From positions 83,697 to 147,696 of the forward strand of contig CAAGAD010000005.1 in assembly GCA_900767715.1 (NCBI GenBank): a stretch of DNA of 64,000 bases, in the 5' to 3' direction. The position numbers and the translations under genes were made by a program. The notes beneath the pieces were generated by a model. It ran no database searches. It was not told the origin of the DNA and was given only the letters and a program-made list of their open reading frames with translations. The DNA comes from Clostridia bacterium (GTDB lineage: Bacteria; Bacillota; Clostridia; Christensenellales; UBA1242). The number at the start of each line of letters is the position of its first letter. Positions within the stretch are counted from its first letter, which is position 1. This document shows positions 1 to 10,104 of the stretch, in pieces.

Positions 1-2
1 TC

Positions 3-3000
3 GGCGGTTCTAGCGGTATCAAGTCGGTGAACGTTTCGACATCGGCTGACGGCAGAGTATTCACCCCTGCTGGCACAATCACTCCAACGAGTGAAAGATA
101 TTTATTCGCAGTAGATAATAGTTATGCCGGAAATTATGTGAAATTCACAATCAGTTTCAACATTCCTGCTGACGATATTGAATATGTGGTATATGTCAAC
201 GACAACCTTCTGGTTGAAGAAAAAAATATACCATTTATTCACAACGGCACTCTCACAGCGTATTGTGGCGAGAGTTACAATATTGTTGATTACATTACAC
301 TAAAACATTTCGACGAAGGCGAATACACCAACTATGTGGCAAGTAACGCAACTGAAATTGAACTAACGGATTACATTATTAAAGAGTATCCAACATTTGA
401 CATTTCAACTGAATTTGTATGCGACTGGGCTTGGGTAGATAGCACTCTCAATGTCAGTTATAATGATAAAACAGTGCTTAAAATTGACGTTGTTAACCCA
501 TATAGCATTGTTGAACAGAATGCAGACTACACGCTAAAAGCATTGACGGCGGTTAGACTTGGCGACTTCATCACCGGCGCAGAAATCAAACTGCTCAAAA
601 AGGCAGTAGCATTCGACGCAACCGCGACATACTACAACGCACAAGGTCGCAAAATTGTCGATCCAGTGCCAGCCAATATTGAAGATTACTTCACGTTGGT
701 TGACGGCGGAAACTATGGCATTGAGTTCAAGACAAGTGATGTTTTGAGCAGTACAGACATAAGCGTCGGCACACTCAATGATGAAACATACATCTACATC
801 GGCAAGCAGACAGTTGCCGGCACACTGACCTTTATCGTCGCATTCAACGACAGCGAGGTGGTGCGTCAACAAGCCGACGTGATAGTGAACGTCGAGCCAA
901 ATCTTCCAGACAATTTCATCAAGGCAAATAGAGTAGGCACAAGTGGCAACACAATTGATTTGCGCGACTTTATCAATACTGAATACGGATACGACCGATT
1001 TGAATGGAATGATGTATTGGGCGAACCAGTCAAGGCAGTGGGCAACATAACCCTTGCACAAGAACCTTTCAGTTCAAACGACGTGGCACTTTTGAGTGAA
1101 GACAACAACAAATTTATCGCACCAGAGCCAACCGACCCACGTGGCGACTTGACGCTCACATTCACCGTGAATACCGATTTTGGTTATAGCAAAGACTTCA
1201 CTGTGACGATTCAGTCAGCCACTCAGTTGATTGCAACATATCCAACACACAGCACACGCGAAATCCAAATCGACAACCAACTCGTTACCGTTATGTACGA
1301 GCAAGTGGTCGCTGGTCAAACAGTCAATATGTTTGGCGTTGACGCTGACAACAAGGTTACACGTGTCAAGGCAATGAAAAACGGTACGGAAATCACCACA
1401 CCTTTGGAAATCAAGTATAGTTATCAAGCCGGTCGCGACACGACAGACGTGACAAGTTATATCACAATCAACAATGGCTCAATCACATTCAATGCTGGCG
1501 CTAGCGCACTCTTTGCTCTAACAATTAGCGAACCAGTAAGCCATCGTGAATTGTTGTACTATTTCTATCTAGCACCTAGCGTAAACAAGACATTTACACC
1601 AACTTACAACGGCACCAACACGCAAAACGTTTTGGTTGACAAAGACCACACAACGCTTGACATTGCCAGCCTTTTCGCGTTGACAATCGACGGTGTGGAA
1701 GCCAACAAAACCAATTTGCAGTACGAGATTTGCTATTCGACCAACACACAAACTGCGATAACGGACAGCACACTTACTTTCACAGAATCGAATGTGGAAA
1801 ACGACTACATCGTCGTTATATATGACAATATCTATATATATGGCTATTATAATATACATACCATTCCTAATGTGACAGCGCAGAACACGGTTATCAACTG
1901 GACGCCTGAAACTATCGGGGCGCAACTAGCCAACTTGCCAGAGTTTACCTACAATGGCGGAGTTATGACAATCGCGGAAATCAATGTTGACACCGCTTTG
2001 AGCACATACATTGACATCACCAATGACGCTAGTCGCACAATCACGCTCAAACAGTTCGTTCCAACCACTGTGGCGGGCGTGCTCACATACAAACTCGTGA
2101 TGATGTCGGGAGAAAGTGAAATCGGCATTTACGAGCACAATGTGGCACTCACAATTAATGCAAGACAATATTTCGCCGATAAATACAACGCTGGCACAAA
2201 AGCGCTAGAAGTGACGGCGGGAGACCAATTCAGTCTAACCAATGCGGAATACAACTTGGCTGGGCTCACAGTTGCCGATAATGGCTTGCATTATACCATT
2301 AAGGAAATTAACGGCGTGGCATACAATGGTCAGGATATGGGCGTTTATTACACCGAAGAGAACTTGACTTTCACTTTTAACCCAGTTGCCGACAATGTAA
2401 CATTACATTTCGTCATTGACACCGATTTCGGCTACAAACAAGACTTGTACATCAAGTTGATGGCAGACATCAAATCTGCTATTTACAAGGCAAAGGACGA
2501 AAACGGTCACGAACTGGGCACAGTGTCTAATCCATTGACGATTAACGACCAGTTCACAGAAGCGGAAACACCTTTGTTCGTGTTTAACCGCGCGATTGAC
2601 CTAGCAAACTATTTGTCAATTACATCACGCAAAGATAATGGCGAACTATTGACAGCAGGCAACTTCCGTTTGACTGCAACCATATTGTCCGATTGGGCAA
2701 TAGATAACAACATTTCTGTTGCAGATATCTATTCGTTGGACGGCACAACATTGACATTCGTGCCACTAGCAAGCGAATTAAGACTTGCATTCAAAGTCGA
2801 AATCAAGATGAGCGGGGACACTTACTTCGCTTCGGCGACAATGTTCTACATTACGCTATCTGCCAACTACAATGCGAATGTAAACTACGCATTCGTTGGC
2901 GATACCAGCGAGTTGATTGAGAATGGCAAACAAATTAATTTTAGCAATAGCAGTTTCATTGCAGTTAGAGATAATCTCACTGGCGTTGACAACTATAACG

Positions 3001-6000
3001 CTAAACGTATAAGTTTCTTCTACCCAGCAAACGCTAATAGTGAAATAACCGAATTTGATTACACCAATATTAGCGCTAGCGCTATTAACAAATTGACTGT
3101 CACAGTCGATAGCCAAACAAACACCGACATCACCGCACACATCGACGACAATGGTATAACATTTGACAATGCTACAACTAGCACAATCGGTTCGGTGACA
3201 TTGAGATTCAAGAACCAAGTGGGCATTGATTTGACAATGACATTCAAGATTTACCCAACCAACACACTCGACGCCATTAGTTCAATCAAATACAATGGCA
3301 AAGAGCCAAGTGCAACCAATGACCACGAACTTATCTTGAATAAGAATTTGAACATAAGCAAGGACTACACTATCACGACATTTGGTGATAGTTCGAGCCG
3401 TGTATTGTTTAGATACCCAGCCAACGAAAAGGGCGAGTTCATCGAATCGTTGAAGGCCAAGAGCACAGTTGTCTATGACGAAACAGGCGCTGTACAAGAC
3501 TGCTTCGACGTTCAAATCGATGAAACACTTATCAATATAAAGTTGAAACAAGACAGCGCAGGCAACTGGATTTATCCAGCACCTAAATTGTACACAATCC
3601 ACTTCTTGTCACGTGCCGGTTATTTGGGCAGTTACAAGTTCACATTCAGTCAGGACGTAAACTTCGATAATACTGGTTACAATGTTAGCGAAGGCGAGAA
3701 AATTTACGGCTCACAATCGGGCGTACAGTTGTTGGATAGAGTTGGTATAACACTTTATGAATACACTGCTGACGGTTATGAGTCTAGCCAAATTGATTTG
3801 GTTGACAAGATTTTGACTTCGGCAACCAACGAATACAATGGCTACTCATTGCAATTTGAATCGAACTCACGATACATCACCATTGGCAAGAATGACAACG
3901 GCACGCGTGACGACATTCTCTCATTCACGCAAGTGAGTGCAGACACCAATGCCAGCGTGACAGTCAAAGTTCTCTACAACGGCGTTGTAATTGCCAGTCA
4001 CGACTACAATTTCATCATTCAAGAACACCTAATTGTTTCACTCGGCTATTATAATGATACGACGACAGTTCGCTCAATCGACATCTATATGCGCGATTTC
4101 TACAAAGACAATTTCTACGATGAAACTCTGCCAGATAAGATTGAATACGATTTGACGAATTCATTGAACCCAACAGACGAATTGTTCTTCACACTACGCA
4201 ACGTTTTGCAAGGGAAGTATGGTGACCCTGCAGACTTGAAATTCACAATAGACACCAATGCTTCGACTAGTGGCATCAACAATTTCGTTGAACTAAATAA
4301 CTACAAACTCGTTTTCAAAAAAGACGTGACGGAAGACACACTTTTGGTATTGAACGTAGGCTATCAAGGTGGCACTAGCCGAAAGACATTTAGCATTACT
4401 ATCAAACCAAGCATTGCCGTTAGCCGATATACTGACGGCGGTAGCGGTCAATACATCTATGGCGTAGATAATAGTGGAGTAGATATCTATTCGTTAGACG
4501 ATTTGGTAATTGCCAACACCAACTCACCAAGTAATACATCGCAAGCAGAGATGCCAAAGATTGAAATGAACGACATCAAGACCAATGGCGTTGCTCCTTT
4601 GGCATTGTACACAGTGTCTAAGATGAAAGGTAACACTCCATACACACCACTCGCTGAGGATACAGACGGCTCAGTTAGAGTAGTGTCAATGGAATATGCA
4701 ATGTTTGCTAACGAAGAAGCGTTGAACAACACTTCAACAGGTTACAGACGCGCATCATATACGAAATTGTCTGTTGATTATGCAAGCACCGCGACTATCA
4801 GCGGAAAAAAAAGGCACAACAACTTTAAATTCACCGTGCCTAATGTAAATGCAAATAAGATAATGTCCGTTAAAGTTAAAGTTCGTCTTTTGGGCGGAAA
4901 TTACTACGAGTATTACTACTTCATTAAAGTAAACCCTGCACTAACTCTCGGTGAAAGTAAGAAATATACAGAATTCACGCAGATTTCATTGGCTAAATTG
5001 AAAGCAGATAACGCTGTTGTTGAAACAAAAGCAAATAATAAATACACATTATTCACAGCGAACGGCAAAGATACAAATGCTGCTGGCGATGATGGCGCAC
5101 TATTCTATTGGACGCCTATGCAAAATGAGTTTGGATTCGACAAGTTTAAGAACAACGTAGTCTTCGTCATCACCAATGTTGACAACGGAATAAACAATAA
5201 TGTCGCATTCAGCATTGATAAAGAGAGTGATATCACGCTTTCAATCACATCAAGTGAAGATGGCGGAATGCTCTTCAACAACGCATTGAAGTTTAGACTC
5301 TATGTGTTGGCACTTGATAGCAAAAACCTATTTGAATTCGGTGCAGACCAAATCGTCAAGACTTACACGGGCGCAATTAATAGCGATACACTTGCTTTGC
5401 TAGAAAACAATATGATTTTCGCACAAGATGTTGAGATAAAACCTAAAAAGGAACTTGGCATTTACACAACAGTGTGGGGCGAAATATCTCAGATTCACGC
5501 CATTAGTGACCTTGGATTGCCAATCGACTTGGGCTACACAGACAAGAGATGTCTAATGGACTATGTGTCTGTTGGCAGTGACACCAGTCGCGCAATCGAA
5601 CTAGTAAACGGAAACTTCAAGGGCAACTTGGTAAGCGATTACAAAGGCATAATGAATGGCTTTGACTTCACTGCCGACTATGGCTGGAAGATTTGCGTTG
5701 AAGATGTGACCATAAGTTACTCAAACTTTAAACTCACACGCACATTCAACTATATCGTATCTAACAGTGCTACATTCGTGAAGATTAACTATGCAACATT
5801 TAACGACCGTATCAAGATGACTCCAGAAATCAATGACGGCGTGTACGGCGAAAACAGTCGCGACCTTGCAAGGTCTATTAGCCTTGTGACAGTTGAGACA
5901 AGGTATATTCCTACTGAACCTGACAAGAAGATGAACGACCTTACAGAAACTAACAACGGTCTAACGATTTCCACATCGCTCGGTTCGTCCAAGTTGGGCA

Positions 6001-6398
6001 ATGATACACTTGCCGACAACAGAGTCCAAATCTTCACCAAAGATACCAAATGGTTTACAAAGGTTGATAACAACTATGTTGAATACGCGGGCAAAGTCTT
6101 TGAGTCTGGCGTAACGTATTACTATTACGACGAATACACGGTAACTTATCGCGCATTTGATTTGAATAAGTACACGTTATACGCAGAAGGCACAACCGCA
6201 GACACGGCTGGCCCTGGAATGAACTTGTACATTGATTTGAGCGAATGTTTGGACGGCAACATCTTTACACTCCCATACGAAGCGTGGAAGAGTGAATCGA
6301 TGATTCTCACATTCAATGTTGACGTCACTTACGACGGCACAACTTACAAGTCGCAGATTAGAATTCTAGAAATTACTGCCAAGCCTAATCTTGCATAA
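3..6398 (+). CDS. giant surface/secreted protein, 5'-truncated by window edge (>2,130 aa), unknown family
   Basis: Frame 3 is open from nt 3, with no stop upstream of the track's GTG at 27, to TAA at 6396-6398. Composition is N/T/Y/D-rich and beta-type. A TDFGY(S/K)(K/Q)D motif recurs at nt 1171-1200 and 2415-2447. A hairpin terminator follows. Confidence 0.8.
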   Translation, partial: GGSSGIKSVNVSTSADGRVFTPAGTITPTSERYLFAVDNSYAGNYVKFTISFNIPADDIEYVVYVNDNLLVEEKNIPFIHNGTLTAYCGESYNIVDYITLKHFDEGEYTNYVASNATEIELTDYIIKEYPTFDISTEFVCDWAWVDSTLNVSYNDKTVLKIDVVNPYSIVEQNADYTLKALTAVRLGDFITGAEIKLLKKAVAFDATATYYNAQGRKIVDPVPANIEDYFTLVDGGNYGIEFKTSDVLSSTDISVGTLNDETYIYIGKQTVAGTLTFIVAFNDSEVVRQQADVIVNVEPNLPDNFIKANRVGTSGNTIDLRDFINTEYGYDRFEWNDVLGEPVKAVGNITLAQEPFSSNDVALLSEDNNKFIAPEPTDPRGDLTLTFTVNTDFGYSKDFTVTIQSATQLIATYPTHSTREIQIDNQLVTVMYEQVVAGQTVNMFGVDADNKVTRVKAMKNGTEITTPLEIKYSYQAGRDTTDVTSYITINNGSITFNAGASALFALTISEPVSHRELLYYFYLAPSVNKTFTPTYNGTNTQNVLVDKDHTTLDIASLFALTIDGVEANKTNLQYEICYSTNTQTAITDSTLTFTESNVENDYIVVIYDNIYIYGYYNIHTIPNVTAQNTVINWTPETIGAQLANLPEFTYNGGVMTIAEINVDTALSTYIDITNDASRTITLKQFVPTTVAGVLTYKLVMMSGESEIGIYEHNVALTINARQYFADKYNAGTKALEVTAGDQFSLTNAEYNLAGLTVADNGLHYTIKEINGVAYNGQDMGVYYTEENLTFTFNPVADNVTLHFVIDTDFGYKQDLYIKLMADIKSAIYKAKDENGHELGTVSNPLTINDQFTEAETPLFVFNRAIDLANYLSITSRKDNGELLTAGNFRLTATILSDWAIDNNISVADIYSLDGTTLTFVPLASELRLAFKVEIKMSGDTYFASATMFYITLSANYNANVNYAFVGDTSELIENGKQINFSNSSFIAVRDNLTGVDNYNAKRISFFYPANANSEITEFDYTNISASAINKLTVTVDSQTNTDITAHIDDNGITFDNATTSTIGSVTLRFKNQVGIDLTMTFKIYPTNTLDAISSIKYNGKEPSATNDHELILNKNLNISKDYTITTFGDSSSRVLFRYPANEKGEFIESLKAKSTVVYDETGAVQDCFDVQIDETLINIKLKQDSAGNWIYPAPKLYTIHFLSRAGYLGSYKFTFSQDVNFDNTGYNVSEGEKIYGSQSGVQLLDRVGITLYEYTADGYESSQIDLVDKILTSATNEYNGYSLQFESNSRYITIGKNDNGTRDDILSFTQVSADTNASVTVKVLYNGVVIASHDYNFIIQEHLIVSLGYYNDTTTVRSIDIYMRDFYKDNFYDETLPDKIEYDLTNSLNPTDELFFTLRNVLQGKYGDPADLKFTIDTNASTSGINNFVELNNYKLVFKKDVTEDTLLVLNVGYQGGTSRKTFSITIKPSIAVSRYTDGGSGQYIYGVDNSGVDIYSLDDLVIANTNSPSNTSQAEMPKIEMNDIKTNGVAPLALYTVSKMKGNTPYTPLAEDTDGSVRVVSMEYAMFANEEALNNTSTGYRRASYTKLSVDYASTATISGKKRHNNFKFTVPNVNANKIMSVKVKVRLLGGNYYEYYYFIKVNPALTLGESKKYTEFTQISLAKLKADNAVVETKANNKYTLFTANGKDTNAAGDDGALFYWTPMQNEFGFDKFKNNVVFVITNVDNGINNNVAFSIDKESDITLSITSSEDGGMLFNNALKFRLYVLALDSKNLFEFGADQIVKTYTGAINSDTLALLENNMIFAQDVEIKPKKELGIYTTVWGEISQIHAISDLGLPIDLGYTDKRCLMDYVSVGSDTSRAIELVNGNFKGNLVSDYKGIMNGFDFTADYGWKICVEDVTISYSNFKLTRTFNYIVSNSATFVKINYATFNDRIKMTPEINDGVYGENSRDLARSISLVTVETRYIPTEPDKKMNDLTETNNGLTISTSLGSSKLGNDTLADNRVQIFTKDTKWFTKVDNNYVEYAGKVFESGVTYYYYDEYTVTYRAFDLNKYTLYAEGTTADTAGPGMNLYIDLSECLDGNIFTLPYEAWKSESMILTFNVDVTYDGTTYKSQIRILEITAKPNLA

Positions 6399-6412
6399 AG
6401 GCAAAAGCACAC

Positions 6413-6442
6413 AAAAAAAGTCCATTTTGTTGGACTTTTTTT
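6413..6442 (+). terminator. rho-independent terminator
   Basis: A-run, AGTCCA-ttttgt-TGGACT hairpin, then a T7 run directly after the giant ORF. Confidence 0.7.
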
Positions 6443-6452
6443 GATTTGGGTA

Positions 6453-6481
6453 TTGCAAATTGTGGATTGATATGCTAAAAT
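6453..6481 (+). promoter_or_regulatory. sigma-70-type promoter
   Basis: TTGCAA, 17-nt spacer, TAAAAT, with a TGC extended -10. It lies upstream of the GGAGG RBS at 6495-6499. Confidence 0.4.
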
Positions 6482-6503
6482 AAATCCAAAAGTGGAGGAA
6501 ACT

Positions 6504-9500
6504 ATGGCAATTAGTTCTAAATTTATTCAAGATTTGGCGCGAATCAACGGAGCCAAGGTTGATTTGAGTGATGCAAATGCTGTCAAAGATTGGTTTGATA
6601 ACTCTTCATACAAATATATGGCTGACGCCAGCGCGGACAATAGAAGTTTCGTGGAGCGCATTATCACTGCACTCTTGCTTTTGGGTGACGAAACAGACAA
6701 TGCGGTGGGCTTGACTATGGAAGAGCGCAACAGTGTTATGCGCATTGCTGACGACGCTTCATTAATTGGTAATGGCAGTTATTTGACTGAAATTTTGCGT
6801 CTATTTAGCAAGAAGGCTGGCGACAGAGATTTGGCTAGACCCGACGCTGAACTCAATATGGGCTTTGTTCAATCCCACCTTCACAATTATGGATTTGACG
6901 ACAGAGCCGTTGAAACTATTGTTAAGCGTGGCAACATTAGCGCCAAAGTTAAATTGGTGGACAGTGCGTCAAGAGTTATGCGTACCAACGCTAGCACCAA
7001 GACAATCATTGCCAAGACCAACGATATTGACGATGTAAAAGCAGAAGTAATCGACCTTGCCAAAGACGTTTACAAAAACAGTGGCGCTAGACCAGCATAT
7101 AGCATTAAAGGTATTCCAAACAGAATTTGGACAGACAGCGACGTGACTATCGTTGAAGACGCAGACGACAGAAAAGTGATTGCCAAGTCTAACGGTATCA
7201 AGTCTGCCGAAGAGAGAATTATGGCCGGTACTAGCCACCCATTGACAGGTGTTTTGAAGCACCTTGTTGACGGTCGTGCCAGAGCCGACGTTCAAACTCC
7301 TGACCAAATCATCGACGACATTCAAGCATATTTGTTGATGAATGACCGTTTAACCACAGTCAAGAAAGAAGACGAATGGAACGCCATTCGTAAGGAAATT
7401 GCCGTTGACGCTCGTTTGGCAGTAGATAAGGACGACAACGTTTCTCTCTACACACCTGCTCGTGGTGAAGAATTGAGCTCCAAGGACGACATCAAGAAAA
7501 TTGTTAACATCACCGAACTTGGTTCAGTAGGCATTGAAGCCGGCGCAAGTTTCGTAGGTTATGATATCTCCGACCCAGACGTTCGCGAGGCTTACGAATT
7601 GATGCAACAAGGTTTGCTCAGAGCCAACAACCGTAACGACAAACTCGCAATCAATTTGTTGAACGCACACAAATTGTATTCTAGCGCAGTTGGATTGCCA
7701 GTCAGCCCAAAGACTACCACAGCCAACATTTACGCTAATATGGTTGATGACCCAGAAGGCATTATTGGTAAGGACGGCTTGACCAGCGATATGCGCAATT
7801 TCTTCCGTAAAATCGCCAACAATCCTAACAGTCCATATTACCAAATCGAAATCGACAACGGCGTTGCAGAACAACGTAGCGACAAAAAGATGGGTCTGGA
7901 AATCAACTACATCTTCAAAAACAAAACCAAAAAATTGGTTAAGACCAAATTGCAATTCAGCACACGTTTCATCGGCTATGACGATGAAGGCAAGCCATCA
8001 CTCCTATTGAAGAGTGACGACGCAATCAAGTTCTCTGTAATTCAATCAATGGTTCTTGACTATGTAAGCAACTTTAAAGAAAAGGTAAACAACGTTGACT
8101 TCAAGATTGTCGGCGCTGAAAAAGACAAGGTTCGTGACCCTAATGAACGTGCTTTGATGGCTAACCTTGCTACACAATTCGTTATGATGGGTTACTCGTT
8201 CGGCGACAGCCCAGCACACAAGATTAACGAAGAACTTATCAGCACATATTTGATGGAAAACCAAGCCACCATTTTGGCAGGACTTGCGAAATCGGGCAAA
8301 GACTATGCGGTAGTATTGCCACGCGCATACAAATGGGCTATGAGAGTGGCAGAAATCGTTACTGACAGCCTTGGCATTGACAAGACTATGAAACGTGACT
8401 CTAAAACTGGCAGAATCACCGGCAAGAGCGAACTAGTTGCCAACTTTGAACGCCACGGCTTCACCTTCCCAAGAATGAACTCTAACGATCAACCTTTGTT
8501 CTTGTCCAACGAACAAAAAGCAAGACTTTCTGGCGCTGACTTGAAGAAATACAACGCTGAAGAAAAGCGTTTGCATGAACTAGGCATCACCTCACAAGAC
8601 AGTTTGGGTGCACTTTTGATATCTTGCATTGACACTCAACTTTCACCAAAAGAAATCACTTTTGAACCACAAAATCAAACTGTTAAGCAAGCCGACGAAA
8701 ACAAATTCGAAGACACTCGCGCTAGACTTGCCAACAAGCACGACGCATTGCCAGTCATTGACCCAAGCGTTATTCTTACTGATGATGACTTGACAGAAGA
8801 CACAGGTCTTGACGCAACAGATGTGGAAGAAATTGAAGAATCTCTTGAAGCAGGCAAGCCTAAGACTCCAACTCCAAAGTCAGTAGAGCCTAAGCCAGTT
8901 GAAACTGAAAAGAAAGAAGCCAGCGAAACTGCTCCAAAGACCAGTCCAGAAGACAAGAAAAAGCCTAGAAGCCTATTTGATATGATGACAGACCGTATCA
9001 AGAAGGGTATGGACAAAAAGGATAAGACAGTTCAACCTAAGGAAAAGACCGAAGTTGGCTATTTCTGGGACGAACACAAGGACGCTGGTCCAATGGAACG
9101 CCATTACGAAGAGCGTTCACTTGAAGAGATGAAGTCAGGTAACCTACCTGTAAGAACAAAGAGAACTTACGATGATGTTGAGTTCAGCGATAACACCACA
9201 TCAGCCGAAAATAGACCTGAAGTAATCTATTTGCCAGGCAAGGTAGAAGAAGTTTCAGCCGAAGAAATAACCGAAGAAGACAAAGATGCCGTAATCACCG
9301 GAAAACAAGCATTCAAAGACAGAATGAAGCAAGGTAAGTTGGAAGCACTTTTCAAAGAAAAAGATGAAAAGACACCTACCAAAGAAGCCATTTACGGTTA
9401 TATTGACGGCAAATTCTATTTCGCAATTAGACACATCAAAACTGGTAAGGTAACTGACAGATTTGAAACTGAATTGAGCAAAGCAACTAAGACTAAGATT

Positions 9501-9614
9501 GACAAAGCCCAAGGCGAAGAAAAAGATGCACTCATCGCTAAATACGCAGAGAAAGCAGCCAAGGCTTACAAACAATTTAAGAATGCTAAACGCGATACAA
9601 AAATCGAAAAATAA
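6504..9614 (+). CDS. hypothetical 1,036-aa protein with no signal peptide or TM segment: ~700-aa N-terminal region plus E/K/P-rich low-complexity C-terminal third
   Basis: ATG at 6504 sits 5 nt after GGAGG, so the track's GTG at 6492 lies on the RBS. I recognise no Walker or catalytic motif. PKTPTPKSVEPKPVETEKKE-type tracts begin at about nt 8860. Confidence 0.75.
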   Translation: MAISSKFIQDLARINGAKVDLSDANAVKDWFDNSSYKYMADASADNRSFVERIITALLLLGDETDNAVGLTMEERNSVMRIADDASLIGNGSYLTEILRLFSKKAGDRDLARPDAELNMGFVQSHLHNYGFDDRAVETIVKRGNISAKVKLVDSASRVMRTNASTKTIIAKTNDIDDVKAEVIDLAKDVYKNSGARPAYSIKGIPNRIWTDSDVTIVEDADDRKVIAKSNGIKSAEERIMAGTSHPLTGVLKHLVDGRARADVQTPDQIIDDIQAYLLMNDRLTTVKKEDEWNAIRKEIAVDARLAVDKDDNVSLYTPARGEELSSKDDIKKIVNITELGSVGIEAGASFVGYDISDPDVREAYELMQQGLLRANNRNDKLAINLLNAHKLYSSAVGLPVSPKTTTANIYANMVDDPEGIIGKDGLTSDMRNFFRKIANNPNSPYYQIEIDNGVAEQRSDKKMGLEINYIFKNKTKKLVKTKLQFSTRFIGYDDEGKPSLLLKSDDAIKFSVIQSMVLDYVSNFKEKVNNVDFKIVGAEKDKVRDPNERALMANLATQFVMMGYSFGDSPAHKINEELISTYLMENQATILAGLAKSGKDYAVVLPRAYKWAMRVAEIVTDSLGIDKTMKRDSKTGRITGKSELVANFERHGFTFPRMNSNDQPLFLSNEQKARLSGADLKKYNAEEKRLHELGITSQDSLGALLISCIDTQLSPKEITFEPQNQTVKQADENKFEDTRARLANKHDALPVIDPSVILTDDDLTEDTGLDATDVEEIEESLEAGKPKTPTPKSVEPKPVETEKKEASETAPKTSPEDKKKPRSLFDMMTDRIKKGMDKKDKTVQPKEKTEVGYFWDEHKDAGPMERHYEERSLEEMKSGNLPVRTKRTYDDVEFSDNTTSAENRPEVIYLPGKVEEVSAEEITEEDKDAVITGKQAFKDRMKQGKLEALFKEKDEKTPTKEAIYGYIDGKFYFAIRHIKTGKVTDRFETELSKATKTKIDKAQGEEKDALIAKYAEKAAKAYKQFKNAKRDTKIEK

Positions 9615-9636
9615 CATCTCAAAATAGGGGGAGAGT

Positions 9637-9879
9637 ATGGTATTAACACAAAAGGAATTTGACGAAAAGTGCATTGACCTTATGGAAAAAATCGTTCGTC
9701 TCAAAATCTGCACAATTAAGGAACGTGCTTTAAGCGTGGCAGAAGAGATGATGGTGAAAGCCAAGGCTGAAAAGTGCGACGATGAAACCAAGAAAGTTTT
9801 TGAAAAGGTTATCGAAGAATTTACTAACGTTTCAGCCGAAGATTATGCGACACTTCGTAAACAAATTTTGAATAAATAA
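9637..9879 (+). CDS. hypothetical 80-aa helical, charged protein
   Basis: GGGGGAG RBS before ATG 9637. The gene starts 22 nt after the upstream stop and is followed by a terminator. Confidence 0.6.
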   Translation: MVLTQKEFDEKCIDLMEKIVRLKICTIKERALSVAEEMMVKAKAEKCDDETKKVFEKVIEEFTNVSAEDYATLRKQILNK

Positions 9880-9885
9880 TAATAG

Positions 9886-9921
9886 AAAAGTAGGAATATA
9901 TCGAATATTTCTACTTTTTTT
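9886..9921 (+). terminator. rho-independent terminator
   Basis: AGTAGGAATAT/ATATTTCTACT hairpin with one G-T pair, followed by a T-run. Confidence 0.6.
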
Positions 9922-10104
9922 GTAGCAAAATCGATAGAAAATGTAATGTTTGTGCAAATTTATCAAAAAAACAAATAACTTTATTAGCACAGCAAAAAAT
10001 TCTTTGCGTTTACTTATACACAAAAATTTTGTAATTTTTGACAACAAATAAAAAATTGCTTTTCAAACTTTTTTTGCTATGATATAATACACACAGAGGC
10101 AATT

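Noticed and set aside
4805-4812. A8 homopolymer inside the giant gene as a phase-variation switch
   Set aside because: The tract is short, encodes an ordinary KK, and has no supporting evidence. Similar A7-A8 runs are common in this AT-rich genome.
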